NCBI GenBank assembly: GCA_902591695.1
Contig: CACJBQ010000003.1
Location: forward strand, 11,951 to 75,950
DNA: 64,000 nt
Source: an uncultured Pelagibacteraceae bacterium
GTDB lineage: Bacteria > Pseudomonadota > Alphaproteobacteria > Pelagibacterales > Pelagibacteraceae
Reading direction: 5' to 3'
Both the position numbers and the translations under genes were made by a program. Shown one piece after another: positions 1 through 12,101 of this stretch (position 1 is its first letter; every line of letters starts with the position of its first letter). The notes under the pieces are model-generated. The model did no database searches. It was not told the origin of the DNA and was given only the letters and a program-made list of their open reading frames with translations.

Positions 1-2
1 CA

Positions 3-869
3 GAGCCATATAATTTTAAATTATTACAAAAATTAACCTTAAAAAAAAAAATTCACCCATCATTAAATGTAAATTTACCACAAAAATTAAAAATAAATAA
101 ATTTTCAAGCGACATCTTAAATCAGAAATGGGACTTAATTGTAATTGCTGTGAGTTCTATTGGAATAGACTTAATTGGAAAAAATCTTTCAAAAATTAAA
201 AATAAATCGCCTATTTTAGTATTAACAAAAGGTCTTAAATTAGATGGTAGGAATTTAATTTCAATGTCTAGCCTATTAAAAAAATATAATAAAAATTTAA
301 ATATTTCAGTTTTGAAAGGCCCGTGTTTAGCAAAAGAATTAGCTAAAAAAGTTAAAAGTTTCACTGTTGTTGCGAACAAAAATATTAATACTGCAAAAAA
401 AATTGGAAAATTAATTTCAACAAATTATTATCATACTGAATTTAGTAGAGATGTTAATGGAGTTGAATTTTTATCTGCTATAAAAAATATTTATTCAATG
501 ATCATTGGAGCTGGACAATGGCATAATACATCATCGGCTTTATTCCGGAAATCAATTGATGAAATGAAATATCTTGCAAATTATTTTAAAGGAAAAAAAG
601 AAACTGTTTATGGTCTGGCAGGTTTAGGAGATTTATACGTAAGTGCAATGGGAGGAAGAAATAGTAAAATGGGAGAATATCTTGGAAAAGGCTATACTTT
701 TACCCGGGCAAAGAAAAAGTTTATGAAAAATGATACAGTGGAAGGTGCTGATTTAGCAACAGAAATTGCTCCTTTTGTATTTAAAAAAATTAATAAACGA
801 AAAGTTCCGTTAATGATCTCTTTATTAGAGGCAATTGTTAAAAACAAAAAATTAAAAATTAAATATTAA
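3..869 (+). CDS. gpsA: NAD(P)H-dependent glycerol-3-phosphate dehydrogenase (5'-truncated by window edge)
   Basis: Frame open from position 3 (EPYNFKLL...DLIVIAVSS); motifs LTKG, GPCLAKE, KNIY, GLAGLGDL, GRN, VEG. Confidence 0.85.
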   Translation, partial: EPYNFKLLQKLTLKKKIHPSLNVNLPQKLKINKFSSDILNQKWDLIVIAVSSIGIDLIGKNLSKIKNKSPILVLTKGLKLDGRNLISMSSLLKKYNKNLNISVLKGPCLAKELAKKVKSFTVVANKNINTAKKIGKLISTNYYHTEFSRDVNGVEFLSAIKNIYSMIIGAGQWHNTSSALFRKSIDEMKYLANYFKGKKETVYGLAGLGDLYVSAMGGRNSKMGEYLGKGYTFTRAKKKFMKNDTVEGADLATEIAPFVFKKINKRKVPLMISLLEAIVKNKKLKIKY

Positions 870-873
870 TTTT

Positions 874-2205
874 CTATTTATTTAAAAAAGTTTTCATAGA
901 GTCATCCATCGCTTTTTCCCAAGGTGTATGATGAATTGGTGCAACTGATCCAGTCACAGGAGATGAAAATGATTTATTTCTATAAGTTAGAATATCCTCT
1001 ACTTTATGATGTTCCCATTCTTTGAAATGTTTCCTAATTAATTCAAAATCAATTTTAGGATAATCGGACATATCATGAAGTTCTTTGGTATACTCCGTTT
1101 GAAAATCAATCATTTGATCAGGATTTTCTAATTTTTCTTCCATTGAAACCCACTTATTAATGTCTTTATCTATTTCATCATTACTAGGCATTTTGATTTT
1201 CCCCATTATCACATCTCTTGCATACCATCCTTGACAATCAAACATATTAAATGTGTGAAACTGATCCTGCATACCTAAATATAAAAGTTTATGATTATCT
1301 TGCCACACAACTCCTTTGTAAAGTTTTGGTGGATATAATCTGTTATGTGTTTTTAATTTTAAGCTTTCATCTAAAAATGGGAAATGATGCAAATATCCTG
1401 TACACAAAATAACTACGTCAGCATTTTGTTCAGTTCCATCTTTAAATATGGCTTTTTTACCTTCTAACCTGTCTAAGTAATGAACTTCTTTCATACCTTT
1501 TGGCCATTTGAAACCCATTGGGTTATGCCTGTAACCGATTGTTACACTTTTAGCACCATACTTATTACATTGTAGAGCCACATCTTCTGCAGAATAACTG
1601 CTCCCTAAAACAATTACATCTTTTCCTCTAAATTCTTCAGCATCTCTAAAATCATGTGAGTGCATTATTCTTCCTGGAAAAGAATTCATTCCTTCATACT
1701 CAGGAATAAAAGGTACGGAAAAATGACCCGTCGAGACTACCACATAATCAAACGTTTCATTTAAAATTTTATTATTAACTTTGTCCTGGTAGCTAATTTC
1801 AAACTTATCATTTTTATAAACAGTATTTGTAACTCTTGTATTAAATTTAATCTTACTTTTTATATTTCCTTTGCTCACTCTTCCTAAAATGTAATCTTGC
1901 AGCACCTCTCTTGGAGGGAAAGAGGGAATTGGTTTTCCAAAATGTTCATCAAAAGAATAATCAGCAAATTCTAAACACTCTTTAGGTCCATTAGACCATA
2001 AGTATCTGTACATACTGTTAGGCACAGGATCTCCGTATTGATCTGAACCAGTTCTCCAGTTGTAGTTCCATAAACCACCCCAACTTTCTTGTTTTTCAAA
2101 GCAAACTATTTCTGGAATTTTTTCTCCTTTATTTTCTAAATGCTCAAATGCTCTTAAAATTGAAAGTCCACATGGACCAGCGCCTATGATTGCTACTTTT
2201 GACAT
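874..2205 (-). CDS. tmm: Trimethylamine monooxygenase (bacterial flavin-containing monooxygenase)
   Basis: Likely start MSKVAIIGAGPCG at 2205; GGLWNY, SMYRYLWSNGPKECLEF, FMO motif FPGRIMHSHDFR, GSSYSAEDV; C1 gene context. Confidence 0.92.
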   Translation of the reverse strand: MSKVAIIGAGPCGLSILRAFEHLENKGEKIPEIVCFEKQESWGGLWNYNWRTGSDQYGDPVPNSMYRYLWSNGPKECLEFADYSFDEHFGKPIPSFPPREVLQDYILGRVSKGNIKSKIKFNTRVTNTVYKNDKFEISYQDKVNNKILNETFDYVVVSTGHFSVPFIPEYEGMNSFPGRIMHSHDFRDAEEFRGKDVIVLGSSYSAEDVALQCNKYGAKSVTIGYRHNPMGFKWPKGMKEVHYLDRLEGKKAIFKDGTEQNADVVILCTGYLHHFPFLDESLKLKTHNRLYPPKLYKGVVWQDNHKLLYLGMQDQFHTFNMFDCQGWYARDVIMGKIKMPSNDEIDKDINKWVSMEEKLENPDQMIDFQTEYTKELHDMSDYPKIDFELIRKHFKEWEHHKVEDILTYRNKSFSSPVTGSVAPIHHTPWEKAMDDSMKTFLNK

Positions 2206-2282
2206 AGAATTTTTCCTATCATTAATAAATTTATAAATATATCTTACTAACAATTTTTAAAAAAATAAAATTATATTTTGTT

Positions 2283-3440
2283 ATGGGTATCAATTGGAAT
2301 TATCCAACCACTATGTGGATAGGAGAAAATAGAATTGAAGATTTATCCTTAGCCTGCAAAGAGTTAAATATTTCAAATCCATTATTTGTAACAGACAAAG
2401 ATTTAATTAACTTAGATTTAATAAAAAATATAATATTAAGATTAAAAAAAAGTTTTCAAAATTTATCTACTTTTTCTAACTTTACGGGAAATCCAATTGG
2501 AGAAAATGTGGAAGAAGGCGTTAAAGTTTATAATACCTCGAATTGTGATGGTGTAATAGCTTTAGGAGGCGGAAGTGGTTTAGATGTTGGAAAAGCTATA
2601 GCATTTATGTCTAATCAATCTCGACCGTTATGGGATTTTGAAGATATTAGTGATTACTGGACAAGAGCTGATAGTTCTAAAATTTCAAAAATCATTGCAG
2701 TTCCAACCACTGCAGGAACAGGATCCGAAACTGGTAGAGCATCTGCAATAATAAATAAAGAAACAGGTGCAAAAAAAATTATTTTTCACCCAAAAATGTT
2801 ACCTTCGATTGTGATTTTAGATCCTTTACTTACATTAGATTTATCTCCAAGATTAACAGCAGCGACCGGAATGGATGCTCTTGCACATAATTTAGAAGCG
2901 TTTTGTGCACAAGGATATCATCCAATGGCTGATGGTATGGCAATAGAAGGAATGAAACTAATTAAAAATTCATTAATTAAAGCATTCACAAATGGAAAAG
3001 ATGTTAAGGCTAGAATGGATTTACTTTCTGCTGCTTCAATGGGCTCGACTGCATTTCAGAAGGGACTGGGGGCAATTCACTCATTGAGCCACCCTGTAAA
3101 TGGTAAATTCAATGTTCACCATGGCTTATCTAACGCAATTTTTATGCCTTATGTTTTAACATTTAATAAACCTTCAATTGAAAATAAAATAATATCGATT
3201 TGTGATTATCTTAATTTAAATAAAAATTTTGATAGTTTTTTAAATTGGATTTTAGACTTAAGAAATAATTTAAATATTCCGCATAAATTGTCAGATGTAA
3301 TGGAATGTAATAATATTGATCTAGATGAACTTTCCTTAATGGCATTTGAAGACCCTTCAACAGGAGGAAATCCTAAAAAATTAAGTCAAAATGATCTAAA
3401 AGAAATGTATATAAAAAGCATTTCTGGAGAATTATTTTAA
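2283..3440 (+). CDS. Iron-containing alcohol dehydrogenase
   Basis: GGGSGLD, PTTAGTGSE, GMDALAH, HSLSH and HHG iron ligands. Confidence 0.9.
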   Translation: MGINWNYPTTMWIGENRIEDLSLACKELNISNPLFVTDKDLINLDLIKNIILRLKKSFQNLSTFSNFTGNPIGENVEEGVKVYNTSNCDGVIALGGGSGLDVGKAIAFMSNQSRPLWDFEDISDYWTRADSSKISKIIAVPTTAGTGSETGRASAIINKETGAKKIIFHPKMLPSIVILDPLLTLDLSPRLTAATGMDALAHNLEAFCAQGYHPMADGMAIEGMKLIKNSLIKAFTNGKDVKARMDLLSAASMGSTAFQKGLGAIHSLSHPVNGKFNVHHGLSNAIFMPYVLTFNKPSIENKIISICDYLNLNKNFDSFLNWILDLRNNLNIPHKLSDVMECNNIDLDELSLMAFEDPSTGGNPKKLSQNDLKEMYIKSISGELF

Positions 3441-4228
3441 TGAAAAAAATATTGATAGTAGAAGGAAACTTACGAGAAGAAAATCAAAGTTTTTCTGAGG
3501 CGGGAATTCAAACACATACAGAAAGCCTTAAAGATAGTTTAGCTTATTTCACAGATAAACTAGAAACTCACGTGGTTAACCCTTCCTCAGATGAAAATAT
3601 TGACAAAAATATTGACTCACTTGAAAGCTACGATGGTATTATTTGGGGAGGAAGTAGCCTGAATATTTATAACAATACTCCAGAAATAAAAAGGCAAATT
3701 GATTTTATGAAAGAGTGTCAGAAAAAAATAAAAAAAATTCTAGCAATTTGTTGGGGCATGCAAGTAGCTGTGACTGCAGCAGGAGGAGAGGTAAGAAAAG
3801 CGACAAAAGGATCTCATAGAGGGATTGCCTCAAATATAGAAATTAATGAAATTGGTTTAAATCATCCACTCTATAAAAATAAAGATGAAAAATTTAATAC
3901 ACCAGCATTTAATTTTGATGAAGTAGTTACAATGCCAGAAAATTCAATTTTATTAGCCTCAAACTCAATAAATAAGGTTCAAGGAATAAATTTCAAAGTT
4001 GGTAACTGTAATATATGGGGACTTCAATATCACCCTGAGATTACTTATAATAAAATGATCAATTTGATTATTTTCAGAAAAAAGAGACTTTTAGAAAAAG
4101 GTGCTTTTAAAGATGAGGATGAAATCGATAATCATATTAAATATATAGAAACTGAGAATAATAAATTAGATAAAGTCTCTAGAATGAGAGAATTGGAGAA
4201 CTGGTTAGACTATCTAATTTTAGAATAA
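3440..4228 (+). CDS. Class I glutamine amidotransferase-like protein
   Basis: ICWGMQ nucleophile elbow and QYHPE triad motif; TAATG-coupled to the ADH gene. Confidence 0.85.
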   Translation: MKKILIVEGNLREENQSFSEAGIQTHTESLKDSLAYFTDKLETHVVNPSSDENIDKNIDSLESYDGIIWGGSSLNIYNNTPEIKRQIDFMKECQKKIKKILAICWGMQVAVTAAGGEVRKATKGSHRGIASNIEINEIGLNHPLYKNKDEKFNTPAFNFDEVVTMPENSILLASNSINKVQGINFKVGNCNIWGLQYHPEITYNKMINLIIFRKKRLLEKGAFKDEDEIDNHIKYIETENNKLDKVSRMRELENWLDYLILE

Positions 4229-5902
4229 ACCTTCTATTTCACCCTTGTCATTTAATTTTATTGAATCGGCTGCAGGAACTCTTGGAAGACCTGGCATTGT
4301 CATAATTTCTCCACACACAACAACTATAAATTCAGCACCTGAAGAAAGTCTTACCTCTCTTACAGGCAAAACATGACCTGTGGGTGCACCTTTTAAATTT
4401 GGATCTGTTGAAAAACTATATTGAGTTTTTGCAATACAAACAGGTAACTTACCGTAACCTTTTTCTTCAAAATCTTTTAATTGTTGTCTAACTTTTGTAT
4501 CAGCTACCACTTCAGATGCGCTATAAATTTCTTGTGCAATTTTTTCTATTTTTTTGAATAACGGAAGATCATCCTCATATAAAAATTTAAATGTATCTTT
4601 TTTTTCTTCACAAATTTCTGTAACATTTTTAGCCAGTTCAATAGTTCCTTCACTTCCATTTGACCAATGAGTACATTTAGAGGCTTTTACTCCTTGCGTT
4701 TCACAAAAATCTAACAAGGTTTTCATTTCATCTTCAGTATCAGTAATAAAATGATTAACTGCAACAGTAACAGGTAATCCAAATTTTCTAATATTATTAA
4801 TATGTCTACGTAAATTTACCATTCCCTCTTTGAGTGCTGATACATTTTCTTTTTTTAAATCTTCTTTAGCAACTCCACCATGCATTTTCAGTGCTCTTAT
4901 AGTTGCAACAATGACAACACAATCTGGTTTTAGACCAGATTTTCTACACTTAATATCCAGAAATTTTTCAGCTCCCAAATCAGCTCCGAATCCTGCCTCT
5001 GTTACAACGTAGTCAGCTAATTTAAGTCCAGCTTTAGTTGCAATAACTGAATTACATCCATGAGCAATATTTGCAAAAGGGCCACCATGAATTATTGCAG
5101 GATTGTTTTCCAGAGTTTGAGTTACATTGGGTCTTATTGCCTCTTTAAGCAAAACTGTCATTGGACCTTGAGCATTTAAATCTTTTGCATAAATTGATTG
5201 CTTATCTCTAGTATAACCAATTGTAATATTTCCAATTCTGTTTTCTAAATCTTTTAAGTCTGTTGCTAAACAAAAAATAGCCATAAGCTCAGATGCAACT
5301 GTAATATCGAAACTATCTTGCCTTGGGTAACCATTAGCTACTCCTCCTAGATCAACAATAATAGATCTTAACGATCTATCATTCATATCCATTACCCTTC
5401 TCCAAACAACTCTTCTAACATCAATGTTAAGTTTGTTGCCCCAATAGATATGATTATCAATTAATGCAGATAATAAATTATGAGCAGATGTAATAGCATG
5501 AAAGTCACCTGTAAAATGAAGATTGATTTGTTCCATTGGTACTACTTGAGCATAACCACCACCAGCAGCTCCACCCTTCATTCCAAATGACGGACCAAGA
5601 CTCGGTTCCCTTAAACAAACAATAGATTTTTTTCCAATTTTATTTAAACCGTCATTTAAACCAACAGAAGTTGTAGTTTTACCTTCACCAGCTGGAGTGG
5701 GAGTAATTGCAGTAACTAAAATTAATTTGCCATTCTCTTCTTTAAGAGTATTTAAATATTCCAAATTTATTTTGGCTATGTGTCTACCCATTGGACTAAA
5801 AGCAAAATTTTCATCTGGCACTCCAACCTCAGAAAGAATATCTTTTATTGGTTGCATCTTAGCTTCTCGAGCTATTTGAATGTCAGATTTTACTTCGTCC
5901 AT
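4220..5902 (-). CDS. fhs: Formate--tetrahydrofolate ligase
   Basis: [49 protein letters not shown]. Confidence 0.97.
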   Translation of the reverse strand: MDEVKSDIQIAREAKMQPIKDILSEVGVPDENFAFSPMGRHIAKINLEYLNTLKEENGKLILVTAITPTPAGEGKTTTSVGLNDGLNKIGKKSIVCLREPSLGPSFGMKGGAAGGGYAQVVPMEQINLHFTGDFHAITSAHNLLSALIDNHIYWGNKLNIDVRRVVWRRVMDMNDRSLRSIIVDLGGVANGYPRQDSFDITVASELMAIFCLATDLKDLENRIGNITIGYTRDKQSIYAKDLNAQGPMTVLLKEAIRPNVTQTLENNPAIIHGGPFANIAHGCNSVIATKAGLKLADYVVTEAGFGADLGAEKFLDIKCRKSGLKPDCVVIVATIRALKMHGGVAKEDLKKENVSALKEGMVNLRRHINNIRKFGLPVTVAVNHFITDTEDEMKTLLDFCETQGVKASKCTHWSNGSEGTIELAKNVTEICEEKKDTFKFLYEDDLPLFKKIEKIAQEIYSASEVVADTKVRQQLKDFEEKGYGKLPVCIAKTQYSFSTDPNLKGAPTGHVLPVREVRLSSGAEFIVVVCGEIMTMPGLPRVPAADSIKLNDKGEIEGLF

Positions 5903-6032
5903 AAATAATCCAAATAAATTAAAAGTTTTTTATCTGTGACTTCTTATCCTTTTTTGAGATATTTGGAAACTTCTAAAAAATATATATAAAAAAAATAAGC
6001 ACTATTTAAATTGATTGTTATAAAATTATAAG

Positions 6033-7289
6033 ATGCAAAAATATTCTATATTTAATCTTGTTAAAAACGCTTTTTCAAACCATGAAAATTGGGATTTGGC
6101 TTGGAAAGATCCAACACCCAAAGAGGAATATGATGTTGTAATTATTGGTGGAGGAGGCCATGGTTTAGCTACAGCTTATTATCTTGCTAAAGAACATAAT
6201 ATTACAAATGTTGCAATTATAGAAAAAGGATGGATCGGTGGTGGAAACGTAGGGCGTAATACTACAATTATTAGATCCAATTACATGCATGACGAAAATG
6301 GTTTGTTCAGTGAGTTTGGAATGGATTTATGGAGAAAGATGAGTCAGGATCTGAATTACAATGTAATGTTTTCTCCAAGAGGAATAATTAATCTTGCGCA
6401 TTCTGATGCACAAATGAATGCATACGCGAGAAGAGGAAATTCTATGAGATTAAACGGAATAGATGCTGTTCTTTTAAATAGAGAGCAAGTTAAAGAAATT
6501 ATTCCAATGGCTGATTTTTCTGAAAACGTAAGATTTCCTATTTTTGGTGGTTTGATGCAACCAAGTGCAGGCACAGCAAGACATGATGCTGTTGCATGGG
6601 GTTATGCACGTCAGGCAGATTCAATGGGGGTAGATATAATTCAAAATTGTGAGGTGATAGGTTTCGATGTTGCCGCTGGAAAAATAAAGGGAATAAGAAC
6701 TTCACGAGGAAATATCAAAGCGAAAAAAGTCGGTATTTGCGTTGCGGGTAGCACAAATATTTTAGCAGAAAAATTAAATATGACATTACCAATAGAAACT
6801 CATTTACTCCAAGCTTGTGTTTCTGAGCCAGTTAAACCAGTTTTAGATAATGTAGTTACGTTTGGTGCAGGACACTTTTATGTAAGTCAATCTGACAAAG
6901 GCGAGATGGTAATGGGCGGTGATCTTGATGGTTACAATAGTTATGCTCAAAGAGGAAACTTACCAACATTACAACATGTATTAACTGAAGGTATAGCCAT
7001 GATGCCATTTTTGAGTAAATTAAAAATGCTTAGAACGTGGGGTGGCATTATGGATATGTCAATGGATGGTTCACCTATTATCGATAAAACACACATTGAC
7101 GGTTTGTATTTGAATTGTGGATGGTGCTATGGAGGATTTAAAGCTACACCTGCATCGGGTTGGACATTTGCTCATACTATTGCTCAAGATAGAGTGCATG
7201 AATTAAATGCAGGCTATAGCTTAAATAGATTTAATACTGGCCATCTTATTGATGAAAAGGGACTTGGAACAAAAACCTGGATATCTTAA
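6033..7289 (+). CDS. soxB: Heterotetrameric sarcosine oxidase-family beta subunit
   Basis: GGGGHGLATAYYLA, GRNTTIIRSNY, ARHDAVAWGYAR; first gene of a BDAG operon. Confidence 0.92.
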   Translation: MQKYSIFNLVKNAFSNHENWDLAWKDPTPKEEYDVVIIGGGGHGLATAYYLAKEHNITNVAIIEKGWIGGGNVGRNTTIIRSNYMHDENGLFSEFGMDLWRKMSQDLNYNVMFSPRGIINLAHSDAQMNAYARRGNSMRLNGIDAVLLNREQVKEIIPMADFSENVRFPIFGGLMQPSAGTARHDAVAWGYARQADSMGVDIIQNCEVIGFDVAAGKIKGIRTSRGNIKAKKVGICVAGSTNILAEKLNMTLPIETHLLQACVSEPVKPVLDNVVTFGAGHFYVSQSDKGEMVMGGDLDGYNSYAQRGNLPTLQHVLTEGIAMMPFLSKLKMLRTWGGIMDMSMDGSPIIDKTHIDGLYLNCGWCYGGFKATPASGWTFAHTIAQDRVHELNAGYSLNRFNTGHLIDEKGLGTKTWIS

Positions 7290-7559
7290 ATGCTTTACAT
7301 AAATTGCCCACACTGTGGAATGAGATCTCAAAATGAATTTTCATATGGTGGTGATGCAAGCGTTAAAAGACCAGAACTTAATAAAGAAGTTTCTGATCAA
7401 GAATGGGATAATTTTGTTTACAATAGAAAAAGTTTAAGAGGAAAGCATTTAGAGCTATGGCAACATATTTCTGGATGTAGACAATGGATAAAGGTTGAGC
7501 GAGATACTGCAACCCATGAAATTTTTAGAACTTTTAAATCAGATGAGGAAGTTGCTTAA
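7290..7559 (+). CDS. soxD: Sarcosine oxidase-family delta subunit
   Basis: CPHCG..EF.YGG, ELWQH..GCRQW Zn motif. Confidence 0.92.
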   Translation: MLYINCPHCGMRSQNEFSYGGDASVKRPELNKEVSDQEWDNFVYNRKSLRGKHLELWQHISGCRQWIKVERDTATHEIFRTFKSDEEVA

Positions 7560-10555
7560 TGACCCAAGCTTTTAGAATTGAAAATGGGGGATTAATAAAT
7601 AGACATAAAAAATTATCCTTTAAATTTAATGGTAAAACTTACTTAGGTTATGAGGGTGACACATTAGCCTCAGCTTTATTGGCAAATGGAGTTCATTTAG
7701 TAGGAAGAAGTTTTAAATATCACAGACCTAGAGGTTTCTTTGGAGCGGGTGTAGATGAACCTTATGCAGTTGTTCAACTTTTTAGAAATGGTGAAACAGA
7801 ACCTAATATTAAAGCAACAGAGCAGGAATTATTTGAAGGTTTAGAAGCAAAAAGTGTTAATTGTTGGCCAAGTGTCAATTTTGACATAGGTGCAATCAAT
7901 AATTTTTTGAAAATTTTTTTACCAGCAGGTTTTTATTACAAAACTTTTATGTGGCCAAAAAGTTTTTGGTATCGAATTTATGAGCCTTTCATAAGAAAAG
8001 CAGCTGGTTTAGGTGTTGCTTCAACTAAACATGATAAAGAAAGATATGAACATAAATACGAATATTGTGATCTATTAATTGCAGGCTCGGGACCTTCAGG
8101 ATTAGCTAGTGCATATGCTGCAGCAAAAAATGGAGCTAAAGTAATTTTAGCTGAAGATAAACCAAGATTTGGTGGATCTTTACTAACTAGTGATGTCAAT
8201 ATTGGTAATCAATCAGGAAAAGATTGGGCTGATGGCATAGTTGCTGAGTTAAAAACAATGCCAAATGTTGTTGTAAAAAATAGATCTCAAATTTTTGGAT
8301 ACTATGATCACAATATGCTTGTGATGTCTGAAAAAGTTAGTGATCATTTACCATCAACTAAAAAATATCACCCTAACAAAAGGTTATGGTACATTCGAGC
8401 AAAAGAAGTCTTGATTTCCTCAGGATCAATTGAAAGACCAATAGTTTTTGGAAATAATGATACACCAGGGGTAATGCTTTCTTCAGCTGCTAAAGAATAT
8501 TTAAAAGTATATAGTGTTTTAGTTGGAAGAAAACCTTTGGTATTTACAAATAACGATAGTGGATATGAAACAGCAATTGAATTTAAAAAACATGGAGTAG
8601 ATCCAGTTGTTTTAGACTCAAGAAAAAATTCTGAGTCAGAAATTATTGATGAAGCAAAAAATTTAGGAATTAATATTAAAAATTCATATGTTGTTGTTGC
8701 AGCACAAGGATACAAAAAAGTAAAATCGGCAGATATTGCAAGTATTTCTGAAGACAAAAAACAACTTGGTAAAATAGAAAATATACAATGCGATTGTATC
8801 TGTGTTTCAGGTTTTTGGACACCAACTATTCATTTAGCTTCACAATCAGGAAATAAAACAAAGTTTAAAGAAGAAATTGATGCATTTGTTACAGGACAAT
8901 CAAAACAAAATGAAATTACTTTAGGTGCAGCTAATGGAGTATTTTCACTAGAGGAAACTTTAAAAACGTCATTTACAGCAGGAAGTGAATTATCAAAAAA
9001 AATTACTGAAAATGATAATAAGATACCTATTCCAAATGTTGTTGAGAAGAAATCTTCTCAGCATGATAAGTTTTGGTGTGTTCCATTGCCAAAAGGTAAA
9101 AATTATAAAAGATTTTTAGATTTTCAAAACGATGTAGCAGTATCTGATGTAGAAATAGCTTTAAGAGAAGGGTATCGATCAATTGAACACGTTAAAAGAT
9201 ATACCACTCTAGGAATGGCAACTGACCAAGGAAAAACAAGTAATTTAAATGGATTACAATTAGTATCCGAAATTGAAAATAAAGTTGTTCCTGCGGTAGG
9301 TCATACGACCTTTAGGCCTCCATATACTCCTGTTTCTATTGGAGCAATAGTGGGAAGAGAAGTTGGAAAACATTCAAAACCAACAAGAAAATCTCCAATG
9401 CATTCATGGCATGAAAAAAATAATGCAGTCTTTGTTGATGCAGGTGTTTGGTTAAGACCCAGGTATTATAAAAGAGGAAATGAAAATTTATTTGAGGGAT
9501 CAAAAAGAGAAGCAAAAAATGTAAGAACAAATGTGGGTGTTTGCGATGTAACTACATTAGGTAAAATAGATATTAAAGGACCAGATGCAGCTGAGTTATT
9601 AAATAGAGTCTATACAAATGCATGGTTGAAGCTACCAGTCGGTAAAGCTAGATATGGTTTAATGTTAAGAGAAGATGGAATTGTAATGGATGACGGAACA
9701 ACTACAAGAATTTCCGAAAATCATTATCATATGACAACGACAACAGCTCAAGCAGCAAACGTTCTTTCGCATTTAGAATATTATTTGCAACTCGTTTGGC
9801 CTGAATTAAATGTAAATGTAGTTTCAACTACAGAACAGTGGGCTGGAGCAGCTATCGCTGGACCAAAATCTCGAGATTTATTACAAAAATTATTTCCAAA
9901 CTCTGATGTATCAAATGAAGGCTTACCTTTCATGGGCTATATGGAGGGAGATTTATTTGGTGTCAAAGCAAGAATATATAGAATTTCGTTTTCAGGCGAG
10001 CTTGCTTATGAGGTAAATGTTGAGTCTGATTATGGAAATTTTATGTGGGAAAAAATAATTGAAGTTGGTGAAGAATTTAATATTCAACCATATGGAACTG
10101 AAGCATTATCAACTCTTAGAATTGAAATGGGACATGTTGCTGGATCAGAACTTGATGGTAGAACAATTCCATTCGACAACGCCTTAGAAGGTCTTGTTAG
10201 TAAAAAGAAAGATTTTATTGGAAAAAGATCATTACAAAGATCTGCATTTATAGCTAAAGATAGACAAAGAATAGTGGGCGTAGTTCCATTAGATAAACAA
10301 ACAAGTATACCAGAAGGCTCTCACTTAGTTAAAGATGACAAAGCACCGTTACCAAATCCAAAGTTAGGTCATATCTCTGCATCTTGTTGGAGTGTTGAAT
10401 ATGATAATCCTTTTTCTTTGGCAATTTTGAAAGATGGAAAAAATATGATCGGTCAAAAGCTTTTTGCGATGTCGCCACTTAAAAACAAAATAATACCAGT
10501 TGAGATAGTTTCATCACATTATGTAGACCCGAAAGGTGAAAGAGTTAGATCATGA
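7559..10555 (+). CDS. soxA: Sarcosine oxidase-family alpha subunit
   Basis: [37 protein letters not shown]-terminal GcvT folate domain. Confidence 0.93.
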   Translation: MTQAFRIENGGLINRHKKLSFKFNGKTYLGYEGDTLASALLANGVHLVGRSFKYHRPRGFFGAGVDEPYAVVQLFRNGETEPNIKATEQELFEGLEAKSVNCWPSVNFDIGAINNFLKIFLPAGFYYKTFMWPKSFWYRIYEPFIRKAAGLGVASTKHDKERYEHKYEYCDLLIAGSGPSGLASAYAAAKNGAKVILAEDKPRFGGSLLTSDVNIGNQSGKDWADGIVAELKTMPNVVVKNRSQIFGYYDHNMLVMSEKVSDHLPSTKKYHPNKRLWYIRAKEVLISSGSIERPIVFGNNDTPGVMLSSAAKEYLKVYSVLVGRKPLVFTNNDSGYETAIEFKKHGVDPVVLDSRKNSESEIIDEAKNLGINIKNSYVVVAAQGYKKVKSADIASISEDKKQLGKIENIQCDCICVSGFWTPTIHLASQSGNKTKFKEEIDAFVTGQSKQNEITLGAANGVFSLEETLKTSFTAGSELSKKITENDNKIPIPNVVEKKSSQHDKFWCVPLPKGKNYKRFLDFQNDVAVSDVEIALREGYRSIEHVKRYTTLGMATDQGKTSNLNGLQLVSEIENKVVPAVGHTTFRPPYTPVSIGAIVGREVGKHSKPTRKSPMHSWHEKNNAVFVDAGVWLRPRYYKRGNENLFEGSKREAKNVRTNVGVCDVTTLGKIDIKGPDAAELLNRVYTNAWLKLPVGKARYGLMLREDGIVMDDGTTTRISENHYHMTTTTAQAANVLSHLEYYLQLVWPELNVNVVSTTEQWAGAAIAGPKSRDLLQKLFPNSDVSNEGLPFMGYMEGDLFGVKARIYRISFSGELAYEVNVESDYGNFMWEKIIEVGEEFNIQPYGTEALSTLRIEMGHVAGSELDGRTIPFDNALEGLVSKKKDFIGKRSLQRSAFIAKDRQRIVGVVPLDKQTSIPEGSHLVKDDKAPLPNPKLGHISASCWSVEYDNPFSLAILKDGKNMIGQKLFAMSPLKNKIIPVEIVSSHYVDPKGERVRS

Positions 10556-11139
10556 CATTAATTTCAGCTTTATCAAATGTTCATACAAAAGGTCAATTCG
10601 GAGATTATGAGGGTAAAAATGAAAATGATATACTTAAAATATCTGAAATCAAAAATTTATTAATTGTTCAAATAGTTCAGTACAAAAATTCTTCAGTTTC
10701 ATTTGAAGGTATTAATATTGATGGTTTAAAATTAAAAAATGAACCTTTGGCCGTTGTATTTAATGAAAATACAAGGATTATGTGGAATGGACCAAAAAAC
10801 TGGCTTTTAGTTTCTTCAAAAAAAGATTTAATAAAAAATGTAGTAGATGAATTTAAAGATACAGATTTTGCTGTAACAGATTTATCTCACTCTAGAGCTA
10901 TTATAGAAATCGAAGGAAATGATACGATAGAAGTTTTGAAAAAAGGATGTCCTTTTAATTTTAATAAATTAAATAAAAACAATTCAATTAATTCAACTTA
11001 TAATGGAATAGCTTTTACTGTAGATAGGTTGAGTGATGATCCAAATAAAGTAAGGATATTTGTGCTAAGAAGCTTTGGAGAGTCTTTATATCACTCTATA
11101 ACAGATGCATCTCTAGAGTTTGGTTTTGAAACTATATAA
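10552..11139 (+). CDS. soxG: Sarcosine oxidase-family gamma subunit
   Basis: GPKNWL, VTDLSH, RSFGES; ATGA overlap with soxA. Confidence 0.85.
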   Translation: MTLISALSNVHTKGQFGDYEGKNENDILKISEIKNLLIVQIVQYKNSSVSFEGINIDGLKLKNEPLAVVFNENTRIMWNGPKNWLLVSSKKDLIKNVVDEFKDTDFAVTDLSHSRAIIEIEGNDTIEVLKKGCPFNFNKLNKNNSINSTYNGIAFTVDRLSDDPNKVRIFVLRSFGESLYHSITDASLEFGFETI

Positions 11140-11149
11140 ACTAAAGTTT

Positions 11150-12001
11150 TCAATCTCTTGTTGCAATATAAACACCTATAGAAGTAATTAGAAATCCAAT
11201 TAAATCTAAGTTAGTTAAACTTTCATTTAAGAAAAGCCATGCCATAAAAGCAGATGTTGCTGGAATTAAAAAAAATATAGAAACAGTTTTGCTAGCTGAA
11301 TTATTTTTTATTAAAAACATCAATATTGTAAATGCACCAAATGATACTAAAAATATTTGATGGCTCATTGCAATTACAAATGTTTGTGAGAAATCAATAT
11401 ATGGATCAACAAACAAAATAATTATTGATAAATGAAACAAACACCCACCAAGAGCTTGATTCATATTACTCACAGACAACGGTAAGTTGTTACTTAATTT
11501 TTTTTGCCATAAAGTTGAAAATGTAATTGCTAATAAAGCTATTATTGTTGCTATCAATCCAGTTGCTGGTATTTTAGAACCAACATCAAAACCTAACACA
11601 AGTCCTGCACCAGCAAATCCCAACAAAACACCTATCCATTGTTTTTTAGATACTTTTTCATTTAAAATGGGACCACTTAATGCATTTGTGAGAATTGGTT
11701 GAAGGGTTACAATTAACGCTGCAATTGCTGTAGGCATGCCTATTGAAATTGAGTAAAAGACACCCCCAAGATAAAATCCATGAAACAAGACACCACTAAA
11801 AAAAGACTCAAAAAAGTTCTTTTTGCTAACTAAAATTTTTTGTTTTGAATAAATAGAAAATAAAAAAAAACCAAAAGCAACTATAGCAAATCTAAAAGCT
11901 AGAGCAGCAAATGGATCACTGTTGTCTATGATAGGTTTGGTCGTTATGAAAGCAGAAGACCATAAAAGTATAAATATAAAAGGAAATATTTTAATCATCA
12001 T
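11150..12001 (-). CDS. DMT/EamA family transporter
   Basis: About ten TM helices, LWSSAF, LQPILT, two EamA repeats. Confidence 0.85.
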   Translation of the reverse strand: MMIKIFPFIFILLWSSAFITTKPIIDNSDPFAALAFRFAIVAFGFFLFSIYSKQKILVSKKNFFESFFSGVLFHGFYLGGVFYSISIGMPTAIAALIVTLQPILTNALSGPILNEKVSKKQWIGVLLGFAGAGLVLGFDVGSKIPATGLIATIIALLAITFSTLWQKKLSNNLPLSVSNMNQALGGCLFHLSIIILFVDPYIDFSQTFVIAMSHQIFLVSFGAFTILMFLIKNNSASKTVSIFFLIPATSAFMAWLFLNESLTNLDLIGFLITSIGVYIATRD

Positions 12002-12101
12002 GTTTAATAAACAAATAAATTAAATAAAATCAAACAATTCAGTACCTATTATGAGCAAATTAGATGTAGCAATGAAATACCAAATCACCTAAAGTTCAGT
12101 C

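Noticed and set aside
45-52. Long poly-A/T runs as phase-variation sites or frameshifts
   Set aside because: Reading frames stay intact through them; expected in Lys-rich, AT-rich genes
2206-2253. N-terminal extensions in the ORF track (also 16215, 24453, 31578, 43820, 58733)
   Set aside because: Downstream ATGs fit family N-termini, RBS position or operon coupling better
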